NCBI GenBank assembly: GCA_964187785.1
Contig: OZ076413.1
Span: 45,200,001 to 45,264,000 of the forward strand
Length of the DNA: 64,000 bases
Origin: Amphiscolops sp. MND2022
Lineage: Eukaryota
Direction of reading: 5' to 3'
Shown in pieces: positions 58,146 through 64,000 of this stretch; position 1 is the first letter of the stretch; each line of letters opens with the position of its first letter. The notes under the pieces were generated by a model. The model made no database searches. It was not told the origin of the DNA and was given only the letters and a program-made list of their open reading frames with translations. Made by a program: the position numbers and the translations under genes.

Positions 58146-61100
58146 ATGTCGGACCGACAAGGACTTTCCCCAGAAGAGCAAAAACTTCAGTGCCGAGAGA
58201 TCGTTAACACAGGTTGGTTTGAATAATCATATTTTGAACTAATTAACGTGATCAAGGTTAACTTTGTTCATAAACTGCTTCCTGTTTCCATCAAAAGACA
58301 CGTGATAACATGTCTATTTAAAATTTCAAACACTTCCGGAAGGTTTCTAAAGCGGTCAAAATGGACTCTTTCCAAGGAAGCACACCGCCAAATTTCATTT
58401 CTTTCTGTTTAGTAGACCAGAATGAAGATGAACTACAAGCTTCTTCCAACACTGTTCCGGATCCCTCCGTTGCACTAACTCAGGTGGTGAGCCCATCTTC
58501 TCATACTGACCCAGTTTGGCCCACTGTTCCTTCTCCTCCACCCTTTCCTCCACTGGTTCCTACAACTTCCCGGATTCGAGCTGGGGAAGTGACCCCCCTT
58601 TACAGCCCTGACAGTAACACAGATGTTACTTCCTATGCTGATGAAATGGTCCAGCGGCTAGAGGATGCACAGGCTAGGCGCGTAGCTGAAGCAGACATCA
58701 CAGTTGAAACAGCTCTCAATACGGTCCCCACCCCGCAAATTCCAGAGAGTAATTTGATTCCGCTCCTCCCAAGGTCAAGTACTCCAACTCTCGATGCTGA
58801 AACAGTTGGGTTGTCCGCCAACCTGTCACAACTTGAGACTGCCTTAGGCGTTGTTATCGGAACACAGTCTGACCTGCCGGTTCTTGTTCCTGTTGCCTTA
58901 CAAAAGTCAGGGGACGTTACCGAATTGCGAGAGCGAAGTGATGGGGATAACGCGTCCTCCACTTGTGACTTTCCTGGGCTGCCAAAAGATAACCCGAAAG
59001 TTCACTTCTTGACAGATGACCCTACTGAGAGTGAGAAGACCAGTGACAACACAAGTCATGTAGATGAGCCAGCCCTTTACAGCTCTGTCCCCTTAGAGTC
59101 TGAATCCGGAACTGAGGCCGGGGATGAGTCAGGACCAGGACGTGACACTGTGGGACTTGGGATGCCTTCCAGCTCCCGGGGACCTGATGACCATCTTCCA
59201 GAATTAACCGGTCGAAGCCGAGCTATCTTGAAGACGTACTTTGCTGACGCCAAGCCATTCAGCCTTCCGCTAGGGCACCCCACTGTGGCTTTTACCGAGG
59301 CTCAGATGTACCATTTGTTACGGGTCCTGAGCGATGAAACTCTCCGAATGTCTTACTCTACCATGGAGAAGATGGTCGTTGATGCCGTCAGAGGCAAACC
59401 CACTGTCGCACCATCTAAGACGTCTCACTTCCTCATCAGGAACAGAGCACAGACTCCAGGCAGATGGGATCAAAACGATCAGAGTTCTTCCGAGGCTGAG
59501 TATGACTCGAGCGCGGATTCTAGGGCCTTAACTCCTACCAGTGCAGGAGATACAGGAGGTTCTTCCTTTGAAGGGGAATCGGACAGTGCTACTGAAATGG
59601 CTCTGATTTCAGCTACTTTGGGGGGCGAATCCCAACTTGCTCAATCATCGCAAGAAAAGGACAGATTCGTTGTCTCATGTGCCACAGGTGATGATGAGAC
59701 CACGGGCCCCAGTAGTCAGGAAACTACTCTCCTAGAGCTCCAACAGCAAGCCCGAGGAGCAAAGGTGAAGGGTCCTACTGGACGCAAACTCCCCACTAAA
59801 TCAAGAAGACTCGCCAGTCGAGGGGTCCCAATGCGGGAAGAATTTTTTGCCAAGATTGGGTGGACCCGATCTTTTATCTCTGGACCCGCTGATCCGGTGC
59901 ATAACCCACATATGGTTTGGTGCCATATGTGCAAAAAGAATTTTTCAATTCGGTCCAAGGGCGCTTTTGAAATCTTACGTCACCATCGTACAGAGAGGCA
60001 CCTGCGACGAGACCAACGTTGGAGGTACGAACACCTCAAGAGTGTGGACCCAGCCAGTGGGAAGATACGGCACCGTGTCCGAGGTCGAAATGGGAAAGTG
60101 CTGACTGCAATTGAGCTAGCCAAGGAAATGCCGAAGTTCATTCACACTGAACTTGTGGACGTAGGCGAGAGATTTCCCTTCTACGACGACTTCATGCAGG
60201 GGCGACCTACTGCTTTAGTCACCTCTGAGTCGCGGGCGAAACTACAGTTGTCCATCATAGGAGACTTCCTACAAACCCAAGGTGATTTCTCGCTGCTGAA
60301 GAGTCTGTGGTCGAGGATCAGTGCCCACACTGACTACCAAGCTAACTTGTGCGATTTCGATTGGTCAGAAGAGCGCATCACGGTAGGTTCTTTTCTGTAA
60401 GTTGACCAATTGCGTCCGCGTTATTGACCGGGTTACTAAATGTACTTGTCCATTTCAGGCCATCTTCCAACATTTCTTCAACTGCGCTATGAACCACTTG
60501 GCAGAACAAATTACGACTGAGCAGTGCTTTGCCATAGAGTTTGAGGACAGGGGCCCTAACCGGTACATGACAGTACGTTACTGGGAAGGTCAAAATCTCC
60601 ACCGGGTCCTCATCTGCAGGAGCCAACTACCAGCTACAGACCTGACCGGAGAATTGGGGTCATTGTCCCGGCTGTTGTCCGTTGTTTCCACCAAGGCCGA
60701 CATAGTGGCGTGCTCCGGAAGCTCTGTCGATCTTCTTCGCACAATTGATTATTCTCCCCTCTTCTCCCGTGCTGTGCAGAGTTGTTTTCGGTTTGACCAG
60801 TTGAACCTGCCCAAGATGATGCATAAGACCAGTTACAGCGTCTTTGGCCACATAGACTTTTTCTCAGTCCTGCGTGGTCTAGTCATCTCCCTTGGTGGGG
60901 CGCACTCTGAAGACTGGTATCAACGCAGCCCAGAGCTAGCTCAGGTAAATAACGTTCACCTTCCTAGCGTTACAATCATAATCAATCAGGTGTTAACTGA
61001 GGGGGGAGGAGAGAATTTCCTTAGTTGTTTGGGTTTAAGTTGTGATTTTCTTTCCCAGGCCATATCCAGCTGCAAATTGGAGCTCTCCACTTTACCGACC

Positions 61101-62627
61101 CTTTGTCAGGAGCTGATTGAGGAGTGGAAACCGATAACAAGTTACTTGACGACGCACGTGCCACAGCAACAAGGTCAAGGAGTCCGTACTCGGGTAGGTG
61201 AACAGATCCTTACTGCCTTTAAATATATGCTGATTAGGAGTTGCTTGAGGTATATAGAAGGATGAGTTCCCACCTCCGTTCAGTGTCTATTGTAATAATA
61301 TAGGGTCTTATTACAGGTGCAAAGTTTTGAGTGGGGACTGATTTGTGACGAGTTCATCCTTGTCAAACTGGAACTCTTTTGCCGGATCGTCAGTGACTGT
61401 TAGTGTGCTTTTATTATCTTTAGTCAGGTTCTCTGCTTTAAGCTGTACCGATTCCTTTTCTTAGATAACACTAGCTTCATCGTCAACGCTCATCATAGAC
61501 GAGATGCTTCATTCTTCCTCTGTGGGGAGGTTTCCAAGTTCGTCTACCAGCTGTGCTTCAGATGTTTCACTAGCGATTCGGTCCCTTTGCCGAGTGCCTG
61601 GTTCCTCCTCCTGGGATTCCAAGTAGGTGGCGGAACCCTCATGACTGCTGGAGAATTCCTTGTCCGGCTCAATATGACCAACAAAGTTGCCTCTGCTTGC
61701 AAACGAAAAGCCGAAGGAGTCCATTCTGGAAAACGGACGGATCGGGCTCTAGTCCAAAAAACAGCTGAGACTATCAAGACTGAGTTCGTCCAGGATGCCA
61801 TGGCTTATCTAAAGCACTTACTTAGTGAAGTACTCCGACAAGCTGGGCTCAGTTCCAACATCATCAAGGGGCTGGCCGCATTCGACCCGCACATTATGGT
61901 CAAGCGTCCCACGGAGGTGGCGCTCCAGCATTTTGACATCCTTTTTAGCACGTTTCAGCGCCGTTCTTGGATCAGTGCCTCAGTCGAAGCAGCCTGCAGA
62001 GATCAATATGTTGAATTGATTGACTACCTTCGCGCTAAGTACTCTGGTGGACTCGAAGTTACAGAAGAGGCTAAGGACCTCATAGATTTCCTGATGAACC
62101 TTGATTTCCTGCAAACACGAGAGCATCTCCTCCATTTATTCAAGTTGTGTTGCCTTTGCATTACTACAGTGGGTCCTGAATTTCCAGTTGTAAAAGTGGG
62201 CAGAGTTGATACTTCCGGACAACGGGGTCGCTTCATTGACGTCATTCTCCCCATCCAGAGCTATTTGATCGGGGTTCCTGGCTCTGTAGCAAGGTGTACG
62301 AGCGAGTCTAACCTCACCAATTTCTCCCTTCTTTCTGCCTCTTTTGGGTCATCTGCTTTTTCGCCTACTTATGATCCTTGGGAGACAGTTGATGTCTTTG
62401 GGCGGACGAAGATATACAAGTCGCTTCTATCCTCTTATCGTTCCGCAGTCTCAGAGTCTTCAGTTGGGTCTGCTCAAGTGGAAGCCAATGATACGTCTTC
62501 AGTCCTGGATGATGCGGCATTGAAGGTGCCCAGTAGCAGTAAACGCAAACGGACTGAGAAGAGAGCTGCTCGTTCCCGTTCCTCATCCGTCTTCAGCGAG
62601 TCTATGTCCAGTTCTTCTAATGCTTAA
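58146..62627 (+). CDS. Antisense six-exon accessory gene of element 2: BED-like finger plus degenerate hAT-like domain (~1300 aa, apparently intact)
   Basis: Exons 58146-58212, 58413-60382, 60459-60944, 61059-61193, 61317-61398 and 61465-62627 total 3903 nt in frame, all GT-AG. Finger VWCHMCKKNFSIRSKGAFEILRHHRTERH. Confidence 0.83.
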
Positions 62628-62868
62628 GTGTACATATGTATTTATGTACAATTTGAAACTGTAGTCTTTGTTGATTTTCTGATTCTATGTTTGTTTGTTA
62701 TGATTTCATTTCTGTGCCCCTATATTATTTACTTGCAAAGGGGTCTATTTTGTGTCCCGATATTTATTCAAACGTATCCACATGGGACTTTGGGAAAAAA
62801 GAGAAAAAAGATAAAAGAAAAGAAAAGGTAAACCCAAGGCTTGTCCTCTGGGCTGAATTTAATCTCTT

Positions 62869-64000
62869 CTAATATCTAAAGTCTTCTGAGTAGTTGGGGT
62901 TAGGATTGGGCCTGAGATTATATTTCCCTCCTCTAGGGCTCAGGCTTTCATTTTTAGCATCATTTTCAGATATTTCGGGCACGATAATATCATCCCCCCT
63001 TTTCGGAGAATTTTGTGCATCGCTTTTGGTTCTAAAATTTTCATGGGGTAGAATTTCCTCGTCTTTTTGGCTGTCTGCCATATCCGGCAAAGATTTTTCA
63101 TGAGTTTCCGGGGAAATGGCCGGATTCGGCCAATCAAGTTCTTCATTTCTAGACTGTTCTTTAGTTGCATTTCTTGTAGTGACGTCATCAATTAATCGTT
63201 TATTCCGCCTATGCGACGCACGATCGGCAAGATTTGATTCGTCACTCGTAATTACATAATCCATTTCATTCTCGCTTGCGTCACCTGTATTTGCTTCTGC
63301 CGTACTCGGCTGTTCGTCATTCGTCAAGCTGGCCGGAATAGGCGTGCTGCCTCGTGTATCTAGCTGTTCGCCAAAGTTTGTTTCCCACGTTATTACATAC
63401 AAGTCGTCTTGCGGAATGATTATTTCGTCATCCGGCTGTAGACGCTATACTCGGAAATTGTCCTCAAGTGGCTGATTTGGAACAAACTTTTTGAGACGAA
63501 TTCGATGCAAAATCTGTGTTTTATTTGTATTAAGCCTGCGGATAATGTAGTTCTCATTAGGTAAAGTCTTCTGGACTATAAATGGTCCAACCCAACGATA
63601 ATCCCTGAATGGAATTTTTGATCTTGATGATCCGCTTTCGGCTGTAATACAAAACAGTAATCGCCCTCTTTGAGTGGGGCGGCTTTTGCTTTTCGGTCGT
63701 AATACTCCTTATATTTGATATATGACTGCATGATGTTCTGTTTTGTTTTGTCAATAAGGAGTTTGGTCCGGTTCTGGATTTCTTCTGCGAATTCAGTAGT
63801 CGGATGGATTGGCTCATTTGGATTCATTCCAAGTTTGTGATCCAAGATGTTGTATGGGATTCTCCCGTGGAACACTCTTGTGGGTTCGCATCCGATACTG
63901 GCATGATAACTAGTGTTATGATTGAGAACTGCTAAAGGCAAATATTTATGCCATTGTCGGCGATATTCCCCACATGCCATTTTCAGGTTCGTTTTCAATG
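62869..64000 (-). pseudogene. pol: Integrase C-terminal part of element 2 pol (frameshifted)
   Basis: WHKYLPLAVLNHNTSYHASIGCEPTRVFHGRIP ... KYNLRPNPNPNYSEDFRY; frameshifts near 63620 and 63445. Confidence 0.9.

Larger units (their letters stand above)
54808..64000 (-). mobile_element. Second Ty3/Gypsy LTR retrotransposon (element 2), 3' half; continues beyond the window
   Basis: Integrase C-terminus homologous to element 1 at 62869-64000, followed by the same accessory module and a putative 3' LTR carrying a gag-like N-terminus. Confidence 0.88.

Noticed and set aside
58361..58412. ATG at 58361 as start of the element 2 antisense gene
   Set aside because: This stretch ends in a pyrimidine tract plus AG, and an upstream phase-1 mini-exon (58146-58212) mirrors element 1; kept only as a possible alternative start.

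Overview
This is transposon-dense, AT-rich eukaryotic (probably animal) genomic DNA, with short GT-AG introns and almost no host genes. Layout: (i) 1-~12.2 kb is a higher-order satellite array (~2.9 kb unit built from ~350-410 bp monomers). (ii) ~12.2-18.6 kb holds small non-autonomous repeats and the 5' exon(s) of a secreted protein with a cathepsin I29 propeptide. (iii) 18642-44309 is a complete Ty3/Gypsy LTR retrotransposon (1.84 kb LTRs, TSD AGTGC), interrupted by a younger BEL/Pao element (21723-30355, TSD TTGAC). (iv) ~47-51 kb is a decayed CRE-like non-LTR element with PHD and SGNH-esterase ORFs. (v) ~52.5 kb holds a Polinton-type protease relic. (vi) 54808-64000+ is the 3' half of a second, divergent Gypsy element on the minus strand. 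Main discovery: both Gypsy elements carry the same two-gene accessory module between pol and the 3' LTR. One gene is an antisense, six-exon, ~1100-1300 aa protein with a BED-like zinc finger and an apparently catalytically dead hAT-transposase fold, with intron phases and two exon sizes conserved between the elements. The other is a divergently oriented sense ORF (SIM-like acidic motif plus CxxC domain) that crosses into the 3' LTR at the same codon in both elements. Neither element shows a polypurine tract, and gag starts inside the LTR. All domain calls are by eye; no database search was run.
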